Source: Phyllobates terribilis
Lineage: Eukaryota
DNA length: 64,000 bases
Direction of reading: 5' to 3'
NCBI RefSeq assembly: GCF_046119375.1
Contig: NW_027362764.1
Location: 520,118,001 to 520,182,000, forward strand
The notes beneath the pieces are model-generated. The model was not told where the DNA came from, made no database searches, and saw nothing but the letters and a program-made list of their open reading frames with translations. The position numbers and the translations under genes are program-made. Within the stretch, counting starts at the first letter, position 1; the number at the start of each line of letters is the position of its first letter. Below, in pieces: positions 1-10,805 of this stretch.

Positions 1-1163
1 GTAAAGTAAAGAGTTAAATAAACACACAGAGTAAAACACATTATTTGAAATACAACAGATGCATTCTTTAATCATTTAAATTAACCAATATACTCATCCC
101 TGGTCTGAAAGTAATCCAAGGGTTAAATCGATGTCCCATGTTTCTTTTTCTAAATATCTTTATTTAGCTCCAAAAACCATTCATTGATCTACAAAAATGC
201 ATCAAAAATGCATCAAAATCGCAGCAAAACGCGCTTTTTTTCTGCAGCGTTTTTCCTGCCTAGAGATTCAGAAACCTTAAGGAATTTTCTGCTATGCTTT
301 AGGTAACTGATTATGTCTTTGTCCCAGCCTATCTGGTTCTGACCCAGCTTGTTGACACCTCTTCCCTCAACTTGCTCTATAGGCCAGCAGCTACTCCACA
401 AGTACAGCACATAGGTCTCTGCAGTGAAGGCCATATCACTGTACGATGATGAGAGGGTGAATACCAGGGTGCCTCTGGGTCTTGTTGAGCAGAGTGGCTC
501 TCATCAAGTCTACACATGGTATCCTATTTAAGTTGACGTATTCATAACAAGTACTAACCATGGACATTTGAAATGTGTTAAACTTACTAGCCTAGTTAAT
601 TATAATTATTCAAATCTTGTATTTAAATGCTTTTAGATGTTAGTTAAATGTAATGTTGATTATAATAATGCAATATTATTATTGAGATAAATTGTAAGAA
701 CTAGAACGTTGAGTTATTGTTAAATGTGTTGTATTATTGTATCAGCTACTAAGAGTAAGCATAGAGACATCTTTTCAATTGAGTTCATAACTGTTCATAG
801 GAAACTTGGTGTCTAAATGTTATACTTCTTTATTGAATTAAACTGTAGCAATAAAGCTGATTGATCATTGCTATTCATTAAATTAGAAGTATCGCTTTTA
901 CAGGCCAGGGGTATAGCTTGTAGTATTAGATACATTTTGTGAATAATTATTTGCTGTACAAATATTGTCAATGCAACAAACTCTTTACATTTGTTTTACT
1001 AAAGAAATATCCCTTTCAATTGCTTTCCTTTTGGCTGCAATTATTGTGTAGTATTCAGGTGTAGCAGAGGTGAGTGCATAGTATAGGAATAGCAGAGCAG
1101 ATATACAGTAGGGTTTTGTTAAAAGACATGAGTCCAGAGGTACATGATACTGGATATGAGGTA

Positions 1164-2239
1164 TGTAACGGGTGTGGGAGGCGGAACCTCTGAGCAACTT
1201 ATACAAGGGGGCAGTCCTTGTAAGGAAGTGGGTGGCGACCAGGGAAGACAGGCAGGCGGTCACAGCAGGTGACCGGGACAGTCTCTGGGCAAACGGGCAG
1301 GAGGTCACGGCAAGTGACCGGGACAGTCTCTGGGTAAACGGGCAGGAGGTCCCAGCAAGTGACCGGGACAGTCTCTGGGTAAACAGGCAGGAGGTCACAG
1401 CAAGTGACCGGGACAGTCTCTGGGTAAACGGGCAGGAGGTCACGGCAAGTGACCGGGGCAGTCTCTGGGTAAACGGGCAGGAGGTCACGGCAAGTGACCG
1501 GGGCAGTCTCTGGGTAAATGGACAGGTACGACCTGTGACGGCTGAGCCTCCAGGTAGGCTAACAGGCAGGTAGCAGATGAGCGCTCCCAGGTGAGCGGGC
1601 AAGAGTCTCTGGACTGGCAGGTGGTCACAGCACGTGACGGCGGAGCCTCTAGGTAGACTAACAGGCAGGTAGCAGATGAGCGCTCCCAGGTGAGCGGGCA
1701 AGAGTCTCTGGACTGGCAGGTGGTCACAGCACGTGACGGCGGAGCCTCCAGGTAGGCTATCAGGCAGGTAGCAGGTGAGCGCTCCCAGGTGAGCGGGCAA
1801 GCTGGTCCATAGACAGACTGACAGGTGTCGGAAGGCAGACCGTCGGACCTCAGGCTAGCAAGCAGGAAAGCGGATGACAGGCAGGAATCAGGCAGCAAAC
1901 TGGCAGGAGACTGGCAGGTAACTGGCAGGTAACTGGCAACGGGACCTGAGGGCTGAAGCAGAGTAGTGAACAGTGCAACAACATTGCTCGGGCACCTCCA
2001 TTTTGGAGGAGGTGCCTTATATATGGAGGGATCCTCCGGCCATTGGCCGGGGACTCCTTAGGGCGACGCGCGTGGCCCCTTTAAGAGAGGGGGAGCGCGC
2101 GCGCGCGCGCGCCCTAAGCACAGTGACCGGGGGAGAGCGGGCGCTGCAGGCAGAGCGGGAGGAAGCCGCCGGGCACGGAGCAGAGAGGTGAGGGGAACAG
2201 CATCCCTGCCTAGCAGGAGGCAGGGACGCCGACGCTACA
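1164..2239 (-). repeat. 3' LTR of element 1164-7486
   Basis: TGTAACG...GCTACA termini. About 18 substitutions plus a (GC)n indel versus the other LTR. Contains ~6 copies of a 45-bp repeat and ~2.5 copies of a ~99-bp repeat. Confidence 0.95.
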
Positions 2240-5200
2240 GTACCCCCCCTTTAGGCCCCCCCTTTTTTAGGCCAGACAGAAATTTAGCAAGGATGAGAGA
2301 GGCATGGATGTTCTCCCGGGGCTCCCATGTTCTCTCCTCAGGACCAAACCCCTTCCAATCCACTAGAAAAAAGGTCTTTCCTCTTACCCTTTTGGTGGCC
2401 AGAATGTTCTCTACCTCAAACTCGTCTTCAGCAGAAACCGGAGCAGGAGGCGTACCTGTAGACTTGGAAAAGGAGTTAAGTACCACGGGTTTGAGAAGAG
2501 ATACATGGAAGGAGTTAGGGATCCGTAAGTTGGCCGATAGTTTCAATTTATAGGCCACCGGGTTGATCTGTTTGATAACCTCCAGTGGGCCGATGAACCG
2601 AGGCCCTAACTTATAGGAAGGAATCTTGAGCCGGACATATTTGGATGAGAGCCAGACTTTATCTCCGGGACGAAATTGTGGGGAATCCAGGCGTTTTTTG
2701 TCGGCGTGTCTCTTCATCCGCTCGGATGACTGAAGGAGTGCGGATCGGGTGCTCTCCCAAATGGAGGAAAATTTGCTAACGAGAGATTCCGCGGCCGGGT
2801 TGTCCACAGAGGTGGAGACAGGAAAAGGGATCCGAGGATGCTGACCGAAGACTACAAAAAACGGGGATTTAGAAGAAGATTCGCTCTCGTGATTGTTGTA
2901 AGAGAACTCGGCCCATGGTAGGAGATCCACCCAGTCTGAATGGTGGGCATTAACGAAGTGCCGGAGGTAACTGGTCAAATTCTGATTGATCCGCTCCACT
3001 TGACCATTGGACTGTGGGTGGTAAGCGGAGGAGAAGTCCAGGGTGATGTTGAGCAGTTTACATGTGGCTCTCCAGAAGCGTGAGGTGAACTGAACCCCAC
3101 GATCCGACACGATGTGGAGAGGCAGACCATGGAGACGGAAGATGTGGCGGATAAAGTCCTTAGCTAGCTCGGGAGCAGACGGGAGGCCTGGCAGGGGAAT
3201 AAAATGAGCCATTTTGGAAAAGCGGTCAGCGACCACCCAAATGACCGTACAACCGGCAGAGACGGGGAGATCTGTTATGAAGTCCATAGCTATATGTTGC
3301 CATGGGGCAGCAGGCACAGGCAGAGGAAGAAGGCGGCCGGCAGGCAGGTGTCTCGGAACTTTGTTGCGGGCGCAGGACACACAGGCAGAAACAAAGTCAA
3401 TTACATCCTTGTGCAGGGTAGGCCACCAGTAGTGCCGGGTAATAAGCTGGAGGGTCTTTTTCTGACCGGCGTGCCCAGCTAGCTTAGACGAGTGACCCCA
3501 GTGTAGAATCTGCTCCCGATCGGACTCCGTTACGAACGTCTTACCGGGAGGGAGACGATTTAGGCCCACGGGGGCTACCTGCATTACTCTGGCGGGATCG
3601 ATGATGTGTTTAGGCTCCTCCTCAAGATCAGACACCAGAAAGGATCGGGACAGGGCGTCAGCTTTGATGTTTTTGTCAGCCGGACGAAAATGAAGAATGA
3701 AATCAAAGCGGGCAAAAAACAAAGACCACCGGAGATATGCCAAGTTCTTGTGGTCAGTGTAAATTATTACCGGGTGGAGAGCCCCCTCGAGCAGGTAACG
3801 CCACTCCTCCAGTGCCATCTTAATGGCCAACAATTCTCGGTCTCCTATAGAATAATTGCGCTCAGAAGAGGAGAAAAGTTTGGAGAAAAAGCCGCAGGTT
3901 ACCTTTCTTCCGGAAGAAGATTTTTGGGTAAGTACCGCCCCAGCTCCGGAGGAGGATGCGTCAACTTCTAGGAAGAATTGTTTGTTGCCGTCCGGACGAT
4001 GCAGCACTGAGGCAGAGAGGAAGGCCTGTTTTAAGGAAAGAAATGCCTCCTCTGCTTTGGGCGGCCATTCTCTGGGGTTCGTACCTTTACGGGTGAGAGC
4101 AGAGATAGGGGCGGTCCGGGAAGAGAAGTGCGGTATGAACAGGCGGTAATAGTTGGCGAAGCCCAGGAACCGAATAGCCTTCAACCCCTCTGGTCGGGGC
4201 CACTTCTGGATGGCAGACAGTTTCTCAGGATCCATTTGTAGACCAGTCTGAGAGATTATGTAGCCCAGAAATGGAAGAGAGGTCTGTTCAAAGATGCACT
4301 TCTCATATTTAGCGTAGAGGTGGTTCTGCCTGAGCCTGAGCAGGACCTGAGGAACGTCCCTCCGGTGAGTAGGAAGATCCGGAGAGAAGACCAAGATATC
4401 GTCCAGGTACACCACCACGCAGGAGTAGAGAAGATCACGGAAGATGTCATTGACCAACTCTTGAAAGACGGCAGGAGCGTTACAGAGAACGAAGGGCATC
4501 ACAAGGTACTCATAGTGGCCGTCCCGGGTATTGAATGCCGTCTTCCACTCATCCCCCTGACGGATACGGACCAGGTTATATGCCCCACGGAGATCCAGTT
4601 TGGTGAAGATTCTAGCCCCCCTCAGACGGTCAAATAATTCAGGAATAAGCGGAAGGGGGTATTTATTCTTCACAGTAATCTGGTTTAGGCCTCTATAGTC
4701 TATACATGGACGGAGTGAGCCGTCCTTCTTTTTGACAAAGAAGAAGCCTGCTCCCGCCGGGGAGGTAGATTTCCGGGTAGATCCCCGGGCCAGGTTCTCC
4801 TCAATATATTCAGACATGGACCGGGTTTCAGCAGCGGACAAAGGGTAGATTCGCCCACGGGGAGGAGTAGAGCCGGGCATCAGGTCGATTGGGCAGTCGT
4901 ATGGTCTATGAGGAGGTAAAGTCTCTGCCTCTCTTTTATCGAAGACATCCGCATAAGACCAATAGGGAACCGGAAGACCGGGCAGATTGGCTGGGGTAGG
5001 AGAAGGACGGGCAGGATGAACGGGAACTAGACAAGTCTTATGGCAGTCCTGTCCCCAGCGAAGGACCTCTCCGGTCTGCCAGTCAAGCACGGGTGCATGT
5101 CTCTGGAGCCAAGGCAGGCCAAGCAATAGTGCGTGAGAGAGTCCAGGCAGAACATGAAAGGAGATGCTTTCGGAATGCAGCATTCCCACCTGTAGAGTCA

Positions 5201-5471
5201 GAGATTCGGTGATGAGTTGGATGGGATGTGGTAAGAGGCCCTCATCCACGGCGGCGACAGATATAGGTACGGCCAGAGGTTTGGTGGGAATGTGGTATTT
5301 TTCTACCAGGGATTGAGAGATGAGATTTCCAGCAGCTCCAGAGTCAAGTTGAGCCAGTTCAAAATAGCAGTTCTCTCCGCAGAGGATAGAAACAGACAGC
5401 ATCAGGGATGGAGAGGGTTTACTTTTGTCTAGGGCGACCTCTCTGAGCGATCCTAGACACAGGCGTTTCCC
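2235..5471 (-). CDS. pol: Pol polyprotein (protease, RT, RNase H, integrase, chromodomain), entered by -1 frameshift from gag
   Basis: Motifs LDSGA, YLDD, RNase H (DAS...E...TDH), integrase HHCC and D,D35E, C-terminal chromodomain FEVENIL...LVDWKGF...TWEP. The frame is open upstream from Met 5402 to the GGGAAAC site at 5471. Small in-frame deletions are present. Confidence 0.93.
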   Translation of the reverse strand, partial: GKRLCLGSLREVALDKSKPSPSLMLSVSILCGENCYFELAQLDSGAAGNLISQSLVEKYHIPTKPLAVPISVAAVDEGLLPHPIQLITESLTLQVGMLHSESISFHVLPGLSHALLLGLPWLQRHAPVLDWQTGEVLRWGQDCHKTCLVPVHPARPSPTPANLPGLPVPYWSYADVFDKREAETLPPHRPYDCPIDLMPGSTPPRGRIYPLSAAETRSMSEYIEENLARGSTRKSTSPAGAGFFFVKKKDGSLRPCIDYRGLNQITVKNKYPLPLIPELFDRLRGARIFTKLDLRGAYNLVRIRQGDEWKTAFNTRDGHYEYLVMPFVLCNAPAVFQELVNDIFRDLLYSCVVVYLDDILVFSPDLPTHRRDVPQVLLRLRQNHLYAKYEKCIFEQTSLPFLGYIISQTGLQMDPEKLSAIQKWPRPEGLKAIRFLGFANYYRLFIPHFSSRTAPISALTRKGTNPREWPPKAEEAFLSLKQAFLSASVLHRPDGNKQFFLEVDASSSGAGAVLTQKSSSGRKVTCGFFSKLFSSSERNYSIGDRELLAIKMALEEWRYLLEGALHPVIIYTDHKNLAYLRWSLFFARFDFILHFRPADKNIKADALSRSFLVSDLEEEPKHIIDPARVMQVAPVGLNRLPPGKTFVTESDREQILHWGHSSKLAGHAGQKKTLQLITRHYWWPTLHKDVIDFVSACVSCARNKVPRHLPAGRLLPLPVPAAPWQHIAMDFITDLPVSAGCTVIWVVADRFSKMAHFIPLPGLPSAPELAKDFIRHIFRLHGLPLHIVSDRGVQFTSRFWRATCKLLNITLDFSSAYHPQSNGQVERINQNLTSYLRHFVNAHHSDWVDLLPWAEFSYNNHESESSSKSPFFVVFGQHPRIPFPVSTSVDNPAAESLVSKFSSIWESTRSALLQSSERMKRHADKKRLDSPQFRPGDKVWLSSKYVRLKIPSYKLGPRFIGPLEVIKQINPVAYKLKLSANLRIPNSFHVSLLKPVVLNSFSKSTGTPPAPVSAEDEFEVENILATKRVRGKTFFLVDWKGFGPEERTWEPRENIHASLILAKFLSGLKKGGPKGGVL
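2240..2270 (-). other. Polypurine tract (PPT)
   Basis: Minus strand reads AAAAAAAGGGGGGGCCTAAAGGGGGGGTAC immediately before the 3' LTR TG. Confidence 0.85.
5421..5471 (-). promoter_or_regulatory. -1 ribosomal frameshift signal (GGGAAAC slippery site plus downstream stem-loop)
   Basis: Plus-strand GTTTCCC at 5465-5471. After a 5-nt spacer, an 8-bp stem TGTCTAGG/CCTAGACA follows. The -1 frame joins pol without a stop. Confidence 0.8.
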
Positions 5472-6403
5472 GACCTCTCAGGGCAGGAACGGATCCGGTG
5501 CTCCTTACTGCCACAGTAGAAACAGCTCCCCTCGGCACGACGTAAGTCTTGACGGGTCTTGACCATCTTGGTCTGGTCGACCTGCATAGGCTCAGGTGAG
5601 TGTGCCTGGGGAGTAACAGGGGGAGTGACGGGTCTCTGGAAGGTAGGGACTAGACGTGGAATCCTCCTCTCACGGGTGACCTCCCTAGCGCGCTCCTGGA
5701 ACCGGATGTCAATCCGGGTGGCAAGTGTAATCAAATCGTCGAGAGTGGTAGGAATGTCCCGATCGGCGAGTTCATCTTTAATACGGCCGGACAGACCCTC
5801 CCAGAAGACGGACACCAGGGCGTCGCTATCCCAGGCCAGCTCCGAAGCTAGGGTACGGAACCGTATGGCATATTGGCCCACGGTGAGACTCCCTTGACGG
5901 AGGCGTAGCAGAGATGAGGCGGATGAGGTCTTCCGTCCGGGTTCGTCGAAGACCTTCCGGAAAGCCGTGAGAAAGGCTGGCAGGTCGGACACCAAAGGGT
6001 CTCCTCTCTCCCATAGAGGATTTAGCCAAGCCAGTGCCTCTCCCGTGAGATGGGACATGATGAAAGCTACTTTGGCCCGGTCGGAATTAAACTGGTGGGA
6101 CTGGTGTTCAAAGTGCAGGGTGCACTGGTTAATGAAGCCCCGAGCTTGAGCGGAGTCGCCTCCGAAGCGAGGAGGTGCAGAAAGCCGGATTCCAGAGCAG
6201 GATACTATGGTATTGGTGGGCAGCGGAGCAGCCGGGCTGCGAGTCATGACACTAGCGGTGGTTGCTGGTGGGGCAGTCAAAGTGTCCAGGCGAGTATTGA
6301 CATTCCGCAGGTGACCCAGGATGGACTCCTGTTGGGATCTCTGTCGGGACAGTTCATGACAAAGGTCCGAGAGCGAGGGAGCTTGGGTGCCACCGGGTTC
6401 CAT
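5453..6403 (-). CDS. gag: Gag (sushi/PEG10-like capsid with CCHC zinc knuckle)
   Basis: 316-aa ORF with PPRFGGD...GFINQC...KVAFIMSHLTGEALAW and CFYCGSKEHRIRSC. Confidence 0.95.
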   Translation of the reverse strand: MEPGGTQAPSLSDLCHELSRQRSQQESILGHLRNVNTRLDTLTAPPATTASVMTRSPAAPLPTNTIVSCSGIRLSAPPRFGGDSAQARGFINQCTLHFEHQSHQFNSDRAKVAFIMSHLTGEALAWLNPLWERGDPLVSDLPAFLTAFRKVFDEPGRKTSSASSLLRLRQGSLTVGQYAIRFRTLASELAWDSDALVSVFWEGLSGRIKDELADRDIPTTLDDLITLATRIDIRFQERAREVTRERRIPRLVPTFQRPVTPPVTPQAHSPEPMQVDQTKMVKTRQDLRRAEGSCFYCGSKEHRIRSCPERSGNACV

Positions 6404-6404
6404 G

Positions 6405-6414
6405 GCCCGAGCAA
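6405..6414 (-). promoter_or_regulatory. Self-priming type primer binding site (not tRNA-complementary)
   Basis: TTGCTCGGGC starts 2 nt after the 5' LTR and is exactly complementary to GCCCGAGCAA inside the LTR (7237-7246), about 25 nt downstream of a TATA-like box. Confidence 0.8.
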
Positions 6415-6416
6415 AC

Positions 6417-7486
6417 TGTAACGGGTCTGGGAGGCGGAACCTCTGAGCAACTTATACAAGGGGGCAGTCCTTGTAAGGAAGCGGGTGGTGACCAGGGAAG
6501 ACAGGCAGGCGGTCACAGTAGGTGACCGGGACAGTCTCTGGGCAAACGGGCAGGAGGTCACGGCAAGTGACCGGGACAGTCTCTGGGTAAACGGGCAGGA
6601 GGTCCCAGCAAGTGACCGGGACAGTCTCTGGGTAAACGGGCAGGAGGTCACAGCAAGTGACCGGGACAGTCTCTGGGTAAACAGGCAGGAGGTCACGGCA
6701 AGTGACCGGGGCAGTCTCTGGGTAAACGGGCAGGAGGTCATGGCAAGTGACCGGGGCAGTCTCTGGGTAAACGGGCAGGTACGACCTGTGACAGCTGAGC
6801 CTCCAGGTAGGCTAACAGGCAGGTAGCAGATGAGCGCTCCCAGGTGAGCGGGCAAGAGTCTCTGGACTGGCAGGTGGTCACAGCACGTGATGGCGGAGCC
6901 TCTAGGTAGGCTAACAGGCAGGTAGCAGATGAGCGCTCCCAGGTGAGCGGGCAAGAGTCTCTGGACTGGCAGGTGGTCACAGCACGTGATGGCGGAGCCT
7001 CTAGGTAGGCTATCAGGCAGGTAGCAGGTGAGCGCTCCCAGGTGAGCGGGCAAGCTGGTCCATAGACAGACTGACAGGTGTCGGAAGGCAGACCGTCGGA
7101 CCTCAGGCTAGCAAGCAGGAAAGCTGATGACAGGCAGGAATCAGGCAGCAAACTGGCAGGAGACTGGCAGGTAACTGGCAGGTAACTGGCAACGGGACCT
7201 GAGGGCTGAAGCAGAGTAGTGAACAGTGCAACAACATTGCTCGGGCACCTCCATTTTGGAGGAGGTGCCTTATACATGGAGGGATCCTCCGGCCATTGGC
7301 CGGGGACTCCTTAGGGCGACGCGCGCGGCCCCTTTAAGAGAGGGGGAGCGCGCGCGCGCCCTAAGCACAGTGACCGGGGGAGAGCGGGCGCTGCAGGCAG
7401 AGCGGGAGGAAGCCGCCGGGCACGGAGCAGAGAGGTGAGGGGAACAGCGTCCCTGCCTAGCAGGAGGCAGGGACGCCGACGCTACA
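6417..7486 (-). repeat. 5' LTR of element 1164-7486
   Basis: Direct repeat of 1164-2239. TATA-like box around 7270-7277 on the minus strand. Confidence 0.95.
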
Positions 7487-7859
7487 AGGTAGACAACAGA
7501 GCTGAGTATGCAGAAAGTAACCTGGTCATAGCAGGTTCATTGACAGGATATATGGAAACAAGCACATTTCTAGGGGATCCAGATTAGGTAAAGGGCGCAG
7601 GCGCAAAGTTCAGAGGCCTCTTTATACTCCAAGAGCCCTCTCCGTACTATAAAGAAGCCCAAGTGATTTTAGGGTATATGCAAAGAGTTTACATCAGGTT
7701 AATGTATCAAGGGTCCCTATTATTCCATCATCGGCAGGCCCACCTCCCACACGGGCCCGGACATGGTCGCACCCTCTGCAATCATTACACCCCTTGCAGT
7801 ATGCTTGTAAAAGCATACCTGCATGCTATATGTGTAAAAGTGTGCCTGCATCTGTAGAC

Positions 7860-8420
7860 GTACATGTGTTAAAGTGAGTCTGCCTGTGTATAATTACGTG
7901 TGTAAATGTGCATCTGCATGTGTAGAAGTATTTGTGCAAAAGTATACCTGTGTGTTTTCAAGTGTGTGAGTAAAGTACTCCTGCATGTGCAGAGGTATAT
8001 GTGTAAAAGTGAGCTTATATGTGTAGAACTATGTGTCTAAAAGTGTGTCGGCATGTATTGAACTGTGTGTAAAATTGTGCTTTTGTGAGTAGAAGTAGAT
8101 GTGTAAAAATGTGCCTCCATTTGTAGAAGTATATGTGCAAAACTGAGTCAATGGGTGTCTAAGCAAGTACTTGTGTAAAAGTAATCCTGTGTGTAGACAT
8201 ATATGTTCATAAGTATATTAACGTGTGCCTACATGGGTAGAAGTCCTTGTGTGAAAGTGTGCCTTTGCCTGCAAGTGTGGAAGTATATACTATATGTAAA
8301 AGTATACCTGTGTGTGTAAAAGTACATATGTAATAGTGTGCCTGTTTCTGAAGAATTCCGTGTGCAAAAGTGTGCCTGTGTGTGTAGAAATACAGTATGT
8401 GTGTAAAAGTGTCTTCATGA
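7860..8420. repeat. Degenerate ~30-bp TGTGTAAAAG-type tandem repeat
   Basis: Recurring gtgtgtaaaagtgtgcctgcatgtgtag-like units. Similar units resume at ~11120-11210. Confidence 0.6.
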
Positions 8421-8814
8421 TTAGCAACATTTGGAAGGCCTTTTTTTCTTAAGTATTTCATGAATTTCATGAAATAATTAAAAAAAAAATACGTGGGGCT
8501 TCGCCCTATTTTTGTGTCCAGCCAGGTACAACTAGGCAGCTGGGGGCTGGAATCTGCAGTGCAGGGAGGCCCAAGCTTTCTGGGCTTCCCCCCTGCTGCA
8601 AATTGCAGTCCGCAGCCACCCCGGAAAATGGCGCGTTCATAGAAGCGCCATCTTCTGGCGCTGTACCCAACTCATCCAGGGCCCCGGTGCGGTGGCTCAC
8701 TGGGTAATAAAGGGGTTAGGGCCAGGTTGGTATTATCAGCTGGCCCTAAGCCCGAAATTCATGGGGTCACGCCAATATTAGACATGACCGCCATGAATTT
8801 CTAGTAAAGTATTT

Positions 8815-9718
8815 AAAAAAACACAACACCCAGAATAAAGTCCTTTAATTGAAATAAACACACAATTCTTTATTGTTCTAAATTAAACCATACTTACCAT
8901 CACGCCCATTCCAGCTGAAGCCAACGATCTCCTGCAATAAAAGTAAAATAATGAAGCAACATCATCCTTACCTTTCCATGGTTCCCACGACAGCTTCAGC
9001 TCTGCTACATCGAGATGACAGGCTGGACCGCAGCAGAAAGCTGCCATCCAGCCTGTCATCCCGCAGACACTGAGAAGCGCAGGCATGCTTGCGCTCCTCA
9101 GTGTCTCGCTGTGACGGCATCCAGATGAGCCGAGTTCATGTCCAATGAACTCGGCTCACCTCATGCACGTCACTGACAGCGTGGGAAAATTCTCCTGCAC
9201 TCAGCGCTTCAGCGTGAGAATTCTCCCACGCTGTCAGTGACGTGCATGAGGTGAGCTGAGTTCATTGGACATGAGCTCACCTCATGCATGTCACTGACAG
9301 CGTGCGAAAATTCTCACGCTGAAGCGCTGAGTGCAGGAGAATTTTCCCACGCTGTCAGTGACGTGCATGAGGTGAGCTGAGTTCATTGGACATGACCTCG
9401 GCTCATCTGGATGCCGTCACAGCCTGACACTGAGGAGCGCAAGCATGCCTGCGCTTCTCAGTGTCTGCGGGATGACAGGCTGGATGGCAGCTTTCTGCTG
9501 CTGTCCAGCCTGTCATCTTGATGTAGCAGAGCTGGAGCTGTCCTGGGAACCATCGAAAGGTAAGGATGATGTTGCTTTATTATTTTTCTTTTATTGCAGG
9601 AGATCGTTGGCTTCAGCTGGAATGGGCGTGATGGTAAGTATGGTTTAATTTAGAACAATAAAGAATTGTGTGTTTATTTCAATTAAAGGACTTTATTCTG
9701 GGTGTTTGTGTTTTTTTT
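8815..9718. repeat. ~900-bp near-perfect inverted repeat with two central hairpins
   Basis: The arms are reverse complements (mirror ORFs 8883-9086 and 9445-9648). Diverged inverted homology continues out to ~8480 and ~10050. Confidence 0.92.
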
Positions 9719-10254
9719 AACTTTCACTATGGGGTTAGTAATGGGGGGGTCTTATAGACGCCTCTCCATTACTAACCTGGGCTTGATGTCAGCTGGCATT
9801 ATAAGCTGACATCAACCCCAGCCCTATTACCCCACTGCCACCGCTACAGGGCAGTGGGAAGAGCGAGGCTAAGGGCCAGAATTGGCGCATCCTATGGATG
9901 CGCCATTTCTGGGGCGGCTGACGGCTGGTGTTTCTAGCCTGGGAGGGGGCCAATATTCATGGCACCCTTCCTGGGCTATTAATATCTGCCCCCAGCTGTC
10001 TGCCTAGCCTTTGCTAGCTATTAAAATAGGGGGGACCCCACGTAATTTTTTTGGGGGGGTCCCCCATTTTAATAGCTAGTAAAGGCTAGGTATTCAGCTG
10101 GGGGCTGATATTAGTTGCCTGGGAAGCTCCATGGGTATTACCCCCTTCCCAGGCTTCAAACATCTGCCCCAGCCGTCTGCTTAACCTCCGCTAGAGACTA
10201 AAATTACGGGGAACCCCAGGCCAATTTTTTTTTTTTATTAAATCCTTTATTTTA

Positions 10255-10805
10255 ACACTAAATCAACACTGTCACTGTACTTCTTATATATGTGACTGAC
10301 ATGTTTCTATCTATCTAATCTATGTGTGATGCTCTATCTTTCTGTTCTAAATTGTCAGGTACCGCTGCTGAATTGCTGGCCGGCTTCTTTAAAGAGACGG
10401 TGCATGAAAACACTATTATTTTTTTAAATAAATCTTTTACACTAAATGACAAGTACAGTAAGCAACACTGTCACTGTACTTATTATATATGTGACTGACA
10501 TGTTTCTATCTATCTAATCTATGTGTGAAGCTCTATTCTTTCTGTTCTAAATTGTCGGGTACCGCTGCTGAATTGCCGGCCGGCTTTTTTAAAGAGATGG
10601 TGCATGAAAACACTAATATTTTTTTTAGTAAATCCTTTACACTAAATGACAAGTACAGTAACCAACACTGTCACTGTACTTCTTATATATGTGACTGACA
10701 TGTTTCTATCTATCTAATCTATGTGTGATGCTCAATTCCTTCTTGTCTAAATTGTCGGGTACCGGTGTATGCCGCTGCTGAATTGCCGGCCGGCTTTTTT
10801 AAAGA
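10255..10805. repeat. ~200-bp tandem repeat, about 2.7 copies
   Basis: aacactgtcactgtactt...tgtttctatctatctaatctatgtgtga recurs at ~10265, ~10464 and ~10664. Confidence 0.85.

Larger units (their letters stand above)
1164..7486 (-). mobile_element. Full-length Ty3/gypsy chromovirus LTR retrotransposon (sushi/Tf1 group)
   Basis: Two ~1.07-kb TG...CA LTRs (1164-2239, 6417-7486), 5-bp TSD AGGTA (1159-1163, 7487-7491), gag and pol ORFs, polypurine tract next to the 3' LTR. Confidence 0.97.

Noticed and set aside
380-880. Possible terminal host exon with AT-rich 3' UTR and AATAAA
   Set aside because: All frames close quickly and no protein is recognisable.
1255-1530. CRISPR-like regular repeats
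   Set aside because: Contiguous tandem units without unique spacers, in a eukaryotic LTR with no cas genes.
985-1898. Long repetitive ORFs on both strands (also 6277-7277)
   Set aside because: They come from stop-free 45- and 99-bp tandem repeats in the LTRs and are open in several frames at once.
3204-4637. Antisense ORFs over gypsy pol (similarly 54369-58137)
   Set aside because: Short shadow ORFs of a long coding strand.
8883-9648. Twin 67-aa ORFs on opposite strands
   Set aside because: A by-product of the palindrome, with no domain similarity recognised.
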